A stretch of DNA of 63,345 nucleotides, counting the filler, from Sphaeroforma arctica JP610 (lineage: Eukaryota), in assembly GCF_001186125.1 (NCBI RefSeq). It is 4 parts of 2 records of this genome, joined end to end, with 100 filler letters (N's around TTAATTAATTAA, not from the genome) between each part and the next. Parts side by side here need not be neighbours in the genome. Positions count along the whole stretch, not along the records: positions 14,832 to 36,867 come from NW_014040536.1; positions 36,968 to 58,883 come from NW_014040536.1; 2 more parts are not named here. One strand, 5' to 3'. A model generated the notes under the pieces. It ran no database searches. It was not told the DNA's origin and saw only the letters and a list, made by a program, of their open reading frames with translations. Below, piece by piece: positions 25,001 to 40,085 of the stretch. Positions within the stretch are counted from its first letter, which is position 1, and each line of letters opens with the position of its first letter. The translations under genes and the position numbers were made by a program.

Positions 25001-26135
25001 ATGTCTATGTGTAGATCACTGCCAGATTTACCTTTTTTGATATGTCTCAAGCCACTGAGTAGCGAATGCTTTGCAGCATATAGTGTCACCATAGATGTAG
25101 CGCACTTTCCTCTTCAATCCCGTGTACTTTGGACATTTTAAATCGTCTCTGGTTGTGGGCAGTATTGTAATAATACTACCCTTCGCCGCACTCGATATTG
25201 ACATATATATTCACAACCTTACAGTTAGGGGTGAATCCATATAATAATCTTGCCTGTCAGACTCCAGTATTCCGCCTACGTCTGGGCATCGCTCAGTATC
25301 TATTCAAAGACAGAGCGTTGTTAGACGAGTCGATTAGATGCGCTGTGTATGCTAAGGTGTGTCCACTTACCCTTCGGTCTTGTACTGCAGGTCGCATTCA
25401 GTATTACGGATGCTCGAGAAATCTCTTCCAATTTGCGTGGTCTGTCTGTTTCACCGCCCGATCTTGATTGTTATTTAATTACACCAGTGTCCGGCTTGTG
25501 CATGACTCTTGGTTTTACTTGATCGGGGGGCGGGGAGATATTTCAATGCAACGCTCACGATTTCCCGAACGCATATGAAATGTAGGAGATCCGAGCCGAT
25601 GACATGGAGTTCCATGCCGCCGTGAGAGAGTGGGTTACCATCATATGCAAAGGGGATGAAAGCGCGTACGAGCAGCAATTCAACGAGACTAGAAGGTGGG
25701 TACCGTCCATTAGGACAGATGTAGAGAATATTTACATAGGTCCTATAGGCGCATGCCAAGTACATTGGAGCGTGTGTCGCTAAAAATTTCCTTCCTATGC
25801 CATGCATTTGAATATCAATATAGTGCAATTGCCGAAGCGAATTACAGGTAAATATGAACGGCCGTAATGCTCTTGAATTCATTTTATGCGACACCTTGCA
25901 ATGGTTTCGCCTATTGGAACTTTGAACCAACCTAAGCGGTGCAACAAATACTTAATTTGTGAACGGATGCGTAAAAGATAGATGCTGCGGCGACTGTAGT
26001 CAATTTACGTTGTTTATGAGGTTCTAATCGCTCTACTTACTATACAGCTTCTTCGAAGATAAACTGGTTGAAGGCAGAGAGGCAAGCAGTCGACTGATCA
26101 GCAAATTGATCACCGCACCACAGCCCAAAAGGTGA
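22020..26135 (+). CDS. TYR1: Prephenate dehydrogenase, fungal Tyr1 type; ~9 exons (22020-22284, 22761-22910, ~23169-23293, ~24114-24268, ~24416-24537, ~24830-24998, ~25225-25356, ~25540-25698, ~26048-26135)
   Basis: VGIIGLGDMG Rossmann motif, IVAGQTSVKGPEI, CHSLHGP, EEHDKVTADTQ, THLGFLAMGTAW and LGVNPYNNLACQTPVFRLRLGI. Confidence 0.92.
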
Positions 26136-27258
26136 TAAGTTATTTTCAGCAGAGATATTGAGACGTTGAAACTTCATGAGCGATGTTGAGGTAGAAGGCA
26201 GATGTTGAAGAATCTATTTGATGGCACTTCAAATAAGTGTGGTACATAATGGCAAATGGACAACCGATATGTCAAATCAGCAACTAGTACCGTTTCAGAA
26301 CCTTGTATTAACTTGCTAGCATACTGTCGGTAGGTATAGCCGAGTCACAATCATAGTTTGTTGACGAGATGTTGGCAGGATTTTATAGTGAGAATACATC
26401 AGAAAAGTATTCACGCTATTAGGATTTTAAACGCCTGGTTGGTCGCATTTGGGATGCGTGCGTCTCGTACCTTTTTAGCAGCTGAACGACTAATAAAACC
26501 GCTTAAGTAGTATTTTTAATTGCGCGAGCTCGAAAAAGGTTCTGGAGAATCGAATTTGGTCGAAAGTACCTTCCATGCTTCTACGGCATTTTGTCCAATT
26601 AGCAGATATAATACTACATACATCAACCTGCGTGCTTGCACCGGCGGCGATATTATGAAGCTTTCAAATACAAGGTGCAGCATTTATGATGTTTGAACCG
26701 TTTGATTTGCCGCATGTTTACCTTGGCGAAGTCAATAGCTATATTGAAATCAAGGAAATCATCATTTTTTACTTTCGATGTTATGTTGCTTACAATCTTC
26801 CATCGCACCCGATTTGTATCCGACGAAATATACCATTAACAGGCCACTCTGCACTCATCCATAGATACAAATGTATGAAACGAGCCATATACAGTTTATA
26901 TGATAGGGTTATGAAAATTGAAGGTGAATCATATTCCTGCTGCTGTACACGATTTTTGACGATGTCTACAACGCTATTTTATCTGAGACCGAGCCTCTAT
27001 GAAGCCGATTGAGAAGGGGTGCGAAATGTTCTTGTTCCGAAGTTTTCGAACACATATTATCTAGTTTTGGGAGTTGTTCATCCTAAATATGAAAGCTAAC
27101 TTCGATAAAATACTATCATAATCTGTATCAACCCGGCTGCACGCGTGTAGGCTGAATGTGTCTGATATGCTATACAATGCCCGACACCGTTTGCCATTCT
27201 CAATCCATTCTTGTTGCAAGCACAAGAGAGTTATGATACAGGTTTCCTTCATTTATCT

Positions 27259-30200
27259 TTATTCTAAGCATGTATGGTAGTCCCAACTTACAGGCTGCGG
27301 GTATAAACCGAGAGTGGATTTAAATTTTGGCACGTCTTCACCTACGAAGTGTATTTTCTGCACACACTGTGCCGACAGTAGCATGCCCGCGGCAATGGCA
27401 AGAGATCCTCTCCTTGACCCAACCTCAGCTATGGGCTGTGAACCGTGACCTTCAGCATCCTTTGTACCTACATTCCCATTACTCGACTTATTATCGGCAG
27501 ATAAGGCGTTTTTACTATGCCCGACTTCCAATTGATTGTCAAGTAGCACGTCGGCGCGTTGATCCATTAAATCATCTGACCCCTGGATAGGAAGGTGAGT
27601 GGACAATGAAAATCATCAATATGGTGCTGGAAATTAACATAGTGAGATCACACACATAAGGCAGCATCAGTCAGTAGATTCAAATCGACTCGCTCTAATG
27701 GAACACAAAACCGAATTGCACCATAGTAAGTCATTTAGTATTTTCAGTTCGCTTAACGCACCCACGCGAAGATATAACATGGCATGCGCGTGCGAGCGAT
27801 TCGGAAGTGGGTCTGCGTTACCTCTACTATTGAACTGTCGTCATCCTCTCCCTGTACGCCCTCGGCATCCGATATGGGTGACGTGGACGCAGCTGGAGGA
27901 CCAGTTGTGGTGAGTGCATTTGTGCCATCGGGCAGTTTATCGTCAACAACCTACGGGGTATGAGGAAAGACAATGTTATCACTCAAAGTTGACAAATGAG
28001 AGTTCTCAAAAGGAGTTCCTTGCTGGAAATAGTCCATATCTAATCAGGTACCTCTCAAGTAAGATCGCACGAGAAAAAAAAATACGAATATCAGAAAAAA
28101 TCCAACAATTTACAACAAATGCGCAATACCACCAAATTATCGCTCGTGTATGCGCAGAATCAAGGTTACCTCTTCTACATCGCGGATACTCATTCGTTTC
28201 TGCGGTTTCGTCTCATGTGACGTGACTGGTTTGCCACTGTCTACCGGATATTCACCTATCCAGAAGAAAGATCATCAATTAAAAACACTGCGTGAGAAAA
28301 TGAAGTATGTACATGCAATGCGGGAGAAAAACCGGTGAAAGAATCGATGCATGGTAATGTTAACAAGGGAAGCTTCAAGACAGAAGCTTCACTACACACA
28401 CAACCAAATCAATTATTTGATGCGTGTCGACGCTATGGCGCCGAGATTCGAATGATTTAAGGTACTCCGCATACCATTTTTACCGTTAATAACTCCATTA
28501 AGCTCCAAATTGTCAACCGTTTCGGTAGCAGGGCCCGCTAGCAAGCATACTTGTATACGCGTCGGACTTTTCGGTGAAATGTAAGTCCTGGATTTTAATT
28601 AAAAGATTAAAAGAGCATTTACTTGAACAAACAAAACTTGTACATACAAGCACCGGAAGTGCATGTGCATCGAGGTGCGGTTAGCGCAACAATAGACTCA
28701 TTTGCATTCGTTTTGAAGAAATGTGTGGCAAACCGACTACAGACTTCTACAAGATCAGGGATTAAGTATGTACAGTAGAAATTCCATTAATGGTCTAAAT
28801 TGTATGCGCTTGGTTACTACATGTGTACGTTGCTGATGCGCCGCTTAATGACATCGATATTCGAGAAGCATGCAGCGCAGCACTGCTGGGCACTGAACGT
28901 AATTTACACACCTGTAAAACTGGAGTAATTCATCCTTTGTTCTCTTCTTGAGCTCTCCGGTTTCTAAAATAGAGCGCTGGAAGTGATATTGCTGATCTAA
29001 AATCTCTGACCAGTATTTATTAGACTCCTGCGACATGGACTGTTGCAATGGATATAGAAAATTGTTTCGAATCAGCCTATAGTATATACATTGCATAGAC
29101 ATCCAAAATAATTTATGGCAGTAATGAAGATCTATTCGTGCACCAGACGGTAGCGCTTATCGCAAGAGGTCGCCACCAATTGCTCCTGCACATACAGTGA
29201 CTGCATGGTCATGGATACACACATACCTTCGGTTTCTCTAGTTTCTTCGCGGCTAAGGTTTCCACATGTTTCCTAAATGTTTCTTCAGTCATATTGCTAA
29301 TGAGCTCATCGACACTCCCAAGGAAGACATCTGTAGAACAAGACATTGAGCACGGTCCATGTTGGTGCGATAATTCTAAAACTTTCCAATGAAATTAATA
29401 TTAAAAGTACTTCGCAGGTGTAAGACTTGAATAAACAAGTCTCAAATGCACGAACATATGGTGTAATGAAACCTTCCAATAACGATGCACGCATTGCAAC
29501 AATCCAATTCCAGACAGAACTTGATTGATATTACCAACTCGAGATGCGAGGAACTCTGGTTGCTTTGATCCCTGAATTATAAATCGCATTCCATTGACTC
29601 CGTGTTGCCTTCGCAAACCGGCGTGGACGATATAACCTGGCATCGAGAGGTACATTTCGAAAGTGGTTAGTGCTTATGGCGGTCATTTAAGTTTTTTTCG
29701 CGCTTAATTTACTGATCGTGAAGCGGAGAATAAAGTGTCAATAATTGGCCCGGATTCAACACGGCCACACCACGGATTCTACTTGTCCTGGGGCTGCACA
29801 ATGATAAAAACAATCTTGAGATGCAAAACTATAGCCCAAGAAAAAGTACTTCATATTGCAGGACAGAACAGATTGTCAGCTTTGAGTATTCATTCAATTA
29901 CAACACACCTAATTGTTCGTTGGTGCGGAGTTGATTGAAGTAACTCTCATGTATGCACTGATTAAACAGTTCTATTAACACATTCTTCAGGGTAGAGTCC
30001 AGCCCAGTGACAACGTACACCTCGGTGGCGGTGACATCCAAATGTTTTGTCTCGATTTTCTTGTGAACATATTGGTAACCTTCTTCAAATCGCACGTGGC
30101 GATGCCTTTCCAGCTCACTCGGTTGCAGGCCAGTCCCGGACAAACAAACTCTCTCCAATTGCGGGATAAAATCTGCTTAAGCAACGAAGAAATTAGAGAC

Positions 30201-33200
30201 TATCCAAGGAAAAGTATATACTTTTCCTTTCACTTGTATTCTCTGTGAAATAAATAAATAAATAGAATTCCCTGTTGTTTACGTTGTGCTGAATACTACA
30301 CTGAGCTGATAGTGCCCAAAGCAACGATAGCACACGCCACATACACGATCATGCGCACTAAGCACACCGGATCAGGGCAGAAGACTCACCTCTCGCTTCT
30401 TTCCGTGTGAAGTTACCATGCACAAATGATTCTACTTGCACACGACTGAGCAGATCAGGGAGGAATGCTCTGAGATCATCGGGTGTGATGCTCTGAAGGA
30501 CATTGAGCTTCTGAGCATGAGTCCAGAGTTTCTCATTGCTGAGCAGATGTGAACTGTATATGCAATGATGGTAGGGTTGTTCGGCTTCGAAATTGCTGTA
30601 CTGCTGCCGTGCCTGTTATACATCAAATAAACGCTTTCACAGGTCAGTAACTAAACTATAGTTTAAGCAGGCAGGAAATGCAGGCCTCCCGATGCCTTCA
30701 CAATGTACTGGTTACACATACTGCGAAGAGTCTCAATGTAACGTTAAAATGAATTCATGGCGTTACGCATGTACGCGCAAGAGCAATTAAGCTAAACAGC
30801 GGGGCAGAAATATTCATTGAACATTTTCTCGCTTCCGTACCGGCGGAATAAACTGATTCCTTCGATGATTTTTTTTTAACGCAACCTTCTGGGATTTTTG
30901 AGAACACATCAAATTCACACCAGACATTTCATTGAATCTAAGCACAGGGCCCTACTAAAACCGAAACAGGCGTCATGGGGTGAGTTGGAGCCGGAGGAGA
31001 ATAAGTCAGTATGCACAAACAATTAGGTTACCCAGCGTATTCTTATGTGCTCGAAATATACTATATACAAGGTATAAATATAGTGGAACTGTCGTGTTCT
31101 CAGCAGAAAAAGATCTGGCGGTACATCTAGGCTAATCCAAAGCAAAGACCGGTCGCGGTGTTCCCATCGCTTGACAAATAAATCACAATATACCTGTTCG
31201 CGTAAAACCTCAAATCGGGTGTCTTCGAATGAGAAATTGGCTATTTTGTCGATGATCATGTCCAGCAGTACACCTAGCCTGCGAATGTATCGAAGAAACT
31301 GTTTAGGGCCAAATTCGCGATACACCAAGAGTCACACTAGTGGCTTTGGAAACTGAAAGTAGCTCATGCGTGCTAGAATTGAAAGCACTACTTTATATAG
31401 GCTGCCAAAATTGTAGTTGACAATAGATATCATATTGCAATTGCTCCAACTGTGGATGTGTGAGTTTGGAACCTGAAGAACGATGCACGCACAGAAAATT
31501 GACACGCTACCAACTTACTTGTGAGTGTATCCCTTCACGTGGAAAGAAATCCCGTACATTGAGTTGTCGAATGCGTAATCGAGGCCACCAAGGGCTGCAG
31601 CGTACGTTATCTCTGATAAGTCATCCTGCATCGGCAAAATACAAGTGTGTGTTACCTACATATATGAAAATGAGTATACCACACACATGCAAACAATAGA
31701 TAAGTCAAATGAAGGCATAATATAAGACAGATATAGGAAAGTGTCCATCACAAAAGCGTAGCGACTGTTCCAACTAGAAATCGGGTCGAGGCAGAACAAT
31801 TCACAGCGCCGGTCCATGGTGTAGCAGTGCAGTACCCGAGTGAGCGTAACCTCTCGCAACCATGATTGTGTAACTGTGTCTAGCAAAAGCCAATTTCTTG
31901 AGTGCGGCAATAATTATAACGCACACAAGCGATCACTATCGACATACCTTCAGCAATTCGGCGAATAAATTGGTGAACACACAGTTTAACGGTGTAACGT
32001 ATGCGAGAGGACTCACGAGATCGCAGTACAAACGACCCTTGGGCAGAAGAAACGTGTCATCGTGTTTGTGCCACAGCCTGACCGTATTTGTCTGTGCAAT
32101 CATACTCGGGACCTCTCGATCCTGAAAGTGGCGAATGTATGCATCATCGTGTCAGCAAGGAACGCATATGTACCCCGAGAAGCTAATTTCATATATGGGA
32201 ATTCACAGGCAAAGCTAGAAGTGTATATCAGACTTTTAGGGAACAACAATAGCGTTCGCGAAAGACTGCAGCGAAAAGCAGGGCACGACAATAAACTTTG
32301 ACCGGTATCACTTACATGCTCATCTCTCTCCTTGATGGTGAAGTCTGATGGGATTAAGTTGTTGGGCTCTGGCAGTATGAGGGCTTCATGAAGCCCACAG
32401 CTTACCCATGCCTATTTTTGGAGTTCAAAAACTTTGTCAGTGTCATACAATTCGGGGTCTCACTTCTACCCCACACAGACAGATGAGTTTATCATATACA
32501 TAATGAACAGCTGGTCATAAGAAATTCGTGCACTGATATGCATGCACAACAGGCACAGACAATCGACGGTCGCACATATCTTCGTCAATAATATACTCGC
32601 GGGTTCAATGGAAGGCACTTAATGCACATTTGTACATTAAGATGAATCTGAGGGGCTGTAGGTCCATGTCGTAGACGAATTCGACCGGTCGAGACGAAAA
32701 CAAGAGTCAATACACCATGGAATATAACCCCCCCCCCCCCCCCCTTCGTTTTTAAAACACACTGACAGCTAGCAGAGGACCACAGAATGCTGCAAACAAT
32801 TCAGTAGCTCATAACATCTTGCGTCCTTACCTTCACAACATTTTCATCCAGCGGCGAATTATCGTATTTCGTTCCATACCATTCCTCCGATGTTTGTGCA
32901 ATGTCTCCAAAAGTGTTCGCCACCACAGTCATCCTGTTTAACCCCAAGTGATGTTTAGTGGTGGGATTCGAATAGGTCGCACCAAATATAACAGAATCCA
33001 TTATTGTGGGGGGCAAAGGGTCTTGCCGACTTTAGACCATTATTTTACTACTTCACACTGTATCTCTAAATTACAGTGTTTATGTAAACACCGTGGATGC
33101 GGTGGTTTTAGCGAACATACACTTATACCAGCACATACCTGCAGTTGAGGGGACTCATTAGCGAAAGAAAGTGCCTGATAGCCTCGGGTTTGTACTCGAA

Positions 33201-36200
33201 CAGCAGATAGGCACCGGAGATAACATGTTCGGCGGGATAGTGCTGTGCATACGCGAGACAGACAAGAGGATGTGAGGGCGTTATAGCACAATACACCTAG
33301 TGCGAGAAAGCTGTTGGTGGTAGACCAAACACGCGACAAAACAGAGCAAAAAAAGTTATGTTGTCATCAATAGCAGACAGGATCAAACAAGCTGGGACGT
33401 TGCCTCCACCGAAGCAACTCTTCGTATCAAACTCGGCGTATAGTCATAAAATCTGCTCACAAATAGTAAGCATGTAAAGAAAAGCAATACACGCCCGAAA
33501 TCTTACATGCATGTTGCTAGCTGTGGACGACACGTACGACGAAGGCGACTCCTTGTCCTTGAAATCCAACTGTATACGACACAGGCTGGCACATTCCTCG
33601 TGAATCCACTCCTCCACACCCGACTGTTTGATTAACTCGATGTACTGGAACAGAAGTGTGCCGATGTCGTTGACGTGTTCTGTGATGGAGGCGCGTAGTT
33701 AGAGTGGTCGCTATATCTACCATGCAGTAAATCTGAGCTAGTATATGTAACAGACTACGAGCCAAAACAAAATTTACTTCCACTCAAGCACCAGAGTTTG
33801 CAAAGGTCTAGATAGCTCATGGCCAGATGACAAAGCACCGTACCACCACGAGATCAATTCAAAAACTCTTTCTATGAACTACCTGCTCTCCTTCAGTAGA
33901 GAGTTTGCCTGTGCGACTTCATAAACAGATACGACACAAAAGCGACACACTCTACCCATATCAACTCCGAATACGTCTGTATGCTCAAACACTCCGAAGC
34001 CTTCAGCTCGCAAGAATATGCCCCTGAACTGTACGACATGCAGAATGGCATTCCTCGACATACATTCCCCAACCCTTGATACAAGTCCCACTTATCCCGT
34101 TCCTCTTCGATTACGTCCACAAAAGCTATAGCTCAGCGGAATAGCACTCGATATAGACCACACTTACCTAGTCCAACCTCGGTGACGTCCACTGTAATCT
34201 TGAACACTCCGAAACCATTAGCCCTGCGAGAGTCGCCTGCCATGGTCGACAGCGCCCAACCTTTTGCTTTAAGCACCGACAAGAGACTGCCGGGGCCTTC
34301 ATGTCCGATCAGATGCGCTATGTATTGGGTGGGCTGGACAAAGGTACGGAGATTAGTCTATATGCCTAAGGATGTAGTGCATACATGCTTCTATGGCGCG
34401 AAAGGAATCCTACTACTGAACATTTTGTTGCGCTGTGTATCGAGGTGGCGGGATGACAAAGCTGGAAGCACTTTCATTTTTATTATAAAGGGCTAAAAAT
34501 GCAGACAGGTGAGACTAAAACGCACTACTGCAGTATACACTTGCATTACAAACAGTGCTGTTTGGTGCAAATGTATTCTTTTACATTTTGAGTATTAAGA
34601 CAAGAACCATCGTGCACATAAAAATCTTGCACAGAAGGACCACGTTCAGCACACGATTCGATAATACAAACAAGTACGTACAAAAGGCACGGGCTGTAAA
34701 CCGTTCCTTTGCGCATAACCGGCTGTCTCATATTCCTTGCTCAGAAGAAATAAACATATAGCTGGATCAATCACAATCTTTGCCACTCGATGTACCGCAG
34801 TAACATGTGGTTGAGGATACAATCGAGCTCTATGACACAATGCGTCTAACATAGATATATTTCGTTCACTCGAATCCAATTACGAGATTGTGCACACCAG
34901 GCGAAACGCATGATGACTAGCATTCTAACACACCTTGGATAAGTAGTGCACTTGAGAGTCTCCAATGGGGAAAGAAAATGTTACGCGCCTGAACTCCTTC
35001 ACTGGTAGCACTCTGAACAATCGCTGCAGCTGGTCTGGTCCATAAACATCATCCGGCCATACATCCACCGTGCGATTCTTTCATGGCAAACATTGCAAAA
35101 GGTTGGAATATACAAATATTAGCGAATCATACGATTCTATCGTAGTAAGCAATTCCCGGTGTTCGATAAGGCCTATATGAGCATGTCGGATAGTAACAAA
35201 TTGACTAAGCACGCCATGAACTCGTGCATTTCCTAATCATGATGGCAATATGCTGGTAGCTGTGCACATACACACACGTCGTTATTAAAGGTACCATAGC
35301 GCTAATATGGTAATATGTACTTGTGTGTATGCTCAGTATACTTTGTTTTCAACCTGAATCATCAAAGAATCGACTAACGGACAACAATTGCGGATAATGA
35401 TATTTAGACCCGCGTACTTGTTTACAGCGAATAATGATAAATAGACCCGTGTACTTGTTTACAGTCTATTCTTTTAAACAAGACGACAATCAACACTTGA
35501 ATCCTACACACAACGAATCTCAGATACCAATATGTCTTTATCCCATCACAACTCTAGGCGCTTAGGCTTTCTGGGATTACGTACAACCGGACAACTTACT
35601 AGCGAGCATAAAAAATAAATGTCTTCCAACAGATGAGCGACAATGAAGTCAGGGCGTGCAGGTGAATGCAGCGGTACACAATTCCTCAGTGGAAAACTGA
35701 TAACTCTCACGGAGGCGCAGGCTTACCGTGTTTTTTATATCAGAGAACTTGTCCAAAACCAGTATTCGAAGTTCTTCCAACGATTGCCTGCCCACGATGC
35801 AGAGTGTCATGATATTTGACGAGTAGTGTCCATGGTAGAACTTGATTAGCTCGTCTCGCACATCAACCCCTCTAGCCTTGGGGCCGTCACCAAGTGTTTC
35901 GAGATTGCCTACGTTATGATTGTGTTGATGATCAGACGCTGAACAACAAAGAGTGCATAACCTAGAGATTCTGGCAAAGCAAGCGGCCACAGAGGGCGCA
36001 GTAGACAGATCAAAACTATACAAACCTGGCATAATAACCATATATGTAAACGCTCAGACTCTACAGCACACTTTCCAGTAGAACATGCGAGCATAAACTA
36101 CCTGTGCCGAATCGATTGTAAACGTGATCTGGATTCGACGTCGACTTATCTAATTGGTTCAATCGCCACACATCCTGATTTATGTTTTTCTCGTGCTCTG

Positions 36201-36639
36201 AATTCACGGCCTGTATCTCCTTATCTTTGGAGGACTCCAAGAATAGCGGGTGGATGAAGAACTGCGACCAGCTGCACAATACAATAAACGTCGATATATG
36301 AGTACATAACCTTCTTACACGTTCCAACGGCGCATACAAACGGAATAGCGCACGGCCACAACCGACATAGAACTAGTCCTTGCATAGAGTAGCAACAGAG
36401 TCACTGGTGAACGACAAGCAGAACGACAACGAAACGCAGCAACAAGCTGAACGATTAAGAAGTGCAGCAATCATACCACCGTGATATACTCATCCGAACA
36501 CAGTAGGGCCAACGAGCTAAAGATTCAATACTTACATGTCAACAGCCTCTTCCAGCCACTGATGTTGCACATCGAAGTAGTAATTCGTGTGATCCGTGCT
36601 CGTGTATGCATTTGATGAACCACCGTGCCGAGCAAGGTA
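27259..36639 (-). CDS. IDE: Insulin-degrading enzyme (M16A metallopeptidase), many exons; 5' exons including HXXEH fall in the gap
   Basis: [80 protein letters not shown] and C-terminal [10 protein letters not shown]. Confidence 0.93.
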
Positions 36640-36759
36640 CTGTAGTATATAAGAACCCAAAAGTAAGGAATAGTTTAGTACTCCACAACTCGCAAATCAA
36701 CGCGCAGCACAAATCATAGCACTGTTAAATACGAAAATGCAATTTTAATATATGTAATA

Positions 36760-36794
<35 letters not shown>

Positions 36795-36815
36795 ACAATA
36801 ATATAATAATAATAG

Positions 36816-36862
<47 letters not shown>

Positions 36863-37539
36863 ATATANNNNNNNNNNNNNNNNNNNNNNNNNNNNNNNNN
36901 NNNNNNNNNNNTTAATTAATTAANNNNNNNNNNNNNNNNNNNNNNNNNNNNNNNNNNNNNNNNNNNNTATGTACATGTATTTACTATTTATTTATTTTAG
37001 TAACTGATATTCCTTTTGCTGATAGATATTTGGCACTATAGTTTTGTGATTTTTCTTGGATCGAGAGTTGTATGCAGTTTATTTCTGTGTATATAGAATA
37101 TTATTTTCACATGACTAGCTAGACATACGAAGGGGATGTTATTGGAGAAGTATTGTGAGCTTCTGTATTTAACATGCATATTTGAGAACTCAGATTTGTG
37201 CGCAATTGCTTAGTGCTTCTGTTTCTCAATATGTTATTGTAGAGTTGCGAGAGCGACCTAATTGCCAATCATACCAGAATCGGAGAGGGCAATGCTCGTA
37301 TAGTTTCGGAAATGAGCTATTCATATACAGCAATATAGCGTGGTTAAGAATTCGGTAGCATTTAAAAGGCCCGTCGCAATGTGATTGACGGGATAGTATT
37401 GAGCTTTATGCTTTCTTTGCACGTATGTATTGCTCAGCTATACTGCGCATAGAAGAATTGCTACCAGAGAAATCGCTTAATTGCCTTGTTCTATTGAAAT
37501 GTGGCCTCATAATCTGCACTGTTTCCCTATCCCACTCTA

Positions 37540-38577
37540 GGCCTACACTCCCAGCGTTAACGGCTCCAGCCCTTCTCAAGCTGCGACTGTTGACCATTCT
37601 TTCAGTCGCGTCCGCCGGTGAGCAACGCATCTCATACGCACGCATGTCAGACGAGCTCGATCTGCACGACACACGATTGCTGGAGGATGTGGTTATCCAC
37701 GGAGTGTACCTGGACCTGTTCAAGGCTAAGATTGACCAGCGCAAAGAGGAGATCCGAGTGCGTGCGTGTGTGGGCAGGGATCCTAGGCCGGCGGCGTTTG
37801 TGGTATGCATGCGGATGCTGGTTGAGGGGGTTGAGAGTTCTGTGCAATATTTTTACAACCATATTGGAGAGTCGTCGCTAGGCATGACGATGTATATGCA
37901 AGCGTGTGTGGTATTGTACCTGCGAGATTGTAGTTGACAGGGTCAGCACGCGAGTTTTTGCCACTTTTAATTCCTTTTATAGTGGCCGGTTTCGTATCGT
38001 TGCCGTGTATGAACGGTCACATGATTGCCATTATACTGTGCTTTTACCATGCATTTCCTGAGGAGACCGGAGCAGCACAACCACAAGGTGACACAATTCG
38101 TAGAAATCTGTACTTCAGCTTGGATTCGCATACACACGTACAATCACACATTGTCACGAAATACAATATATAATGTACGCACAGAAAATGGTCGAGAAGC
38201 TTACGAAATGGTCAGGACAACAAGCGGATGCGTTGCAAACATTGAAGGAAATGATTGAAAAGTCAGACTCAAAGGTAGAAGCAGAGCGCACATCTGCTGC
38301 TGCCAGTCAGAAGAAAAAACCCAAGTCGTATTCATCAACTAAACCACCGCATCACGTGAAGGTATTGTGCTTCGGAGGATGTGACATGTGGGCACACGTT
38401 ATTTATTAAGGAAGTCATATGCACACAGATTCTGGAATAAATTCTAGCTCCATCCGTAACAGTATTTTCATGACACGGTGTGGCTTTTCAATTCCAGATA
38501 TGTTTACTGACGTACGATGTTGTTGTATCAAACAGAGTTCTCGAAAAGGGAAGGAGGCTCGCACCTCGGCCCATTAA
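37540..38577 (+). CDS. COPS7: COP9 signalosome subunit 7 (PCI domain), partial; exons ~37541-37802, ~38185-38361, 38536-38577
   Basis: LPALTAPALLKLRLLTILSVA...ISYARMSDELDL..TRLLEDVVIHGVYLDLFKAKIDQRKEEIRVRACVGRD matches the CSN7 PCI pattern (RxLEDxxIxxxY, DQR, GRD). Confidence 0.8.
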
Positions 38578-40085
38578 ATCGACCAGCTCGTGGGCGAGTT
38601 CGGTACTGGAATCGTCACCTGAAATACCTCTCGATGCTGTTGTAGCGTGGAACCACAATTCTTCACGCGACACCCCGCACAACCAGTTATTCTGCCCTGT
38701 ACATAGCTCCTGACTTTGGCGTGTACACCTCAGTGTGATTCTATAGTATCTGAGAATTCCCTGCGGTCCGCGGAATTGTGAAGTATGCTTCTAGTATCAG
38801 CATAGCAGCGTCTTCATCTAAACGAAAGCAAACTCACAGTGCCGACGTTTTTTTCGTTACGTAACGGATATCGAGCTCCTGCACGCTCATTGTGCGTCCC
38901 TGTTTTCCTATGGAGTTGTCGTCCACTTACAGCCATGAGAGTAGATGTACGTATTCCGTGTGGAAGAGTTGGCACGGGCGTGCTATTGTCTATACATATT
39001 GCAGCGGCTGTGCGAAGAATAGAGCACTTCGAAGTGAGGAACACTGTTATGTACTACAGACCTGTCAAAAGATAGTAAGCATATTGCCGAACCCAACCAA
39101 CATCGCTCACTTGCGGTATTGTGACGCATTTCCACATACCCCAAGCGGCTATTTCCTTGGTGGAGAGTTCCTCCAGCAGAAGCTGCAATTGAACGTCAAG
39201 GCGTGAGATTGGGTGCTCACAGACGTTTGAAGCCACCAGGTGGTGCTCACCCTCTGCCCACGCATGTGGAATAGCATCGCGGTTAGTATTGTGCGTGTGC
39301 TGTACGTACGGTCTGAAAAATCTCAATCAACAGATGGAAACTTAAGTACACATCAGTATATATGCAATACATGTCGTACAGGATTGTAGAGCATAGGCGT
39401 TCATATTAAAATGTCGCATCATGGCATCCCACAAGTCAGGTGAATATTGATGGTGTGCTCAGGTTCTGCGCTGATGTTCCGAATTTGAAATGAGCGCACG
39501 CTGTGATGGCGCGGGTTCACACGTTTTCGAATTTGATATTGTCAGCCCACGCAATTGAGGACTGTGGGAAAAAGAAGTTTCCTCCCAGAGAATACAAGTG
39601 TCCGAGTATAGTCGTTCGCCTAGTATATTGTGACTCAATGGAATATTATCTATACATAGCACTTTAGCAGTACATACACCTTTTTTTCTCATAGCCTCAC
39701 CTGAATAATTACATTTTATTGTGATTATTCCAGGGGCTATTTTGAAACCCTATTACCCTAAGGACAGATAACTAAAATCTAAATATCTAAATAAGCACAT
39801 ATTTTATTTTGGCGCGTATTCGTGAGTCTGTCAAATCTCAGGGTAGGGACTATTTACTCATCGAGTCATCAGGCACTCTCGACCATAGCCATAGTCCTCT
39901 CTAAATTATACACTCGACACAACAGCACAGGTAAAAGAAAAAGAAACAAAAGGAGTGTGATATTTGTGCATATAAATACATACTCTATATATTGTAATCT
40001 ACATATATAAAAGGGCAAATATATAGAAGTATATTAACATACGGACCTGTTGCAATTGGGCATACACTACTTACGTTATATCATT

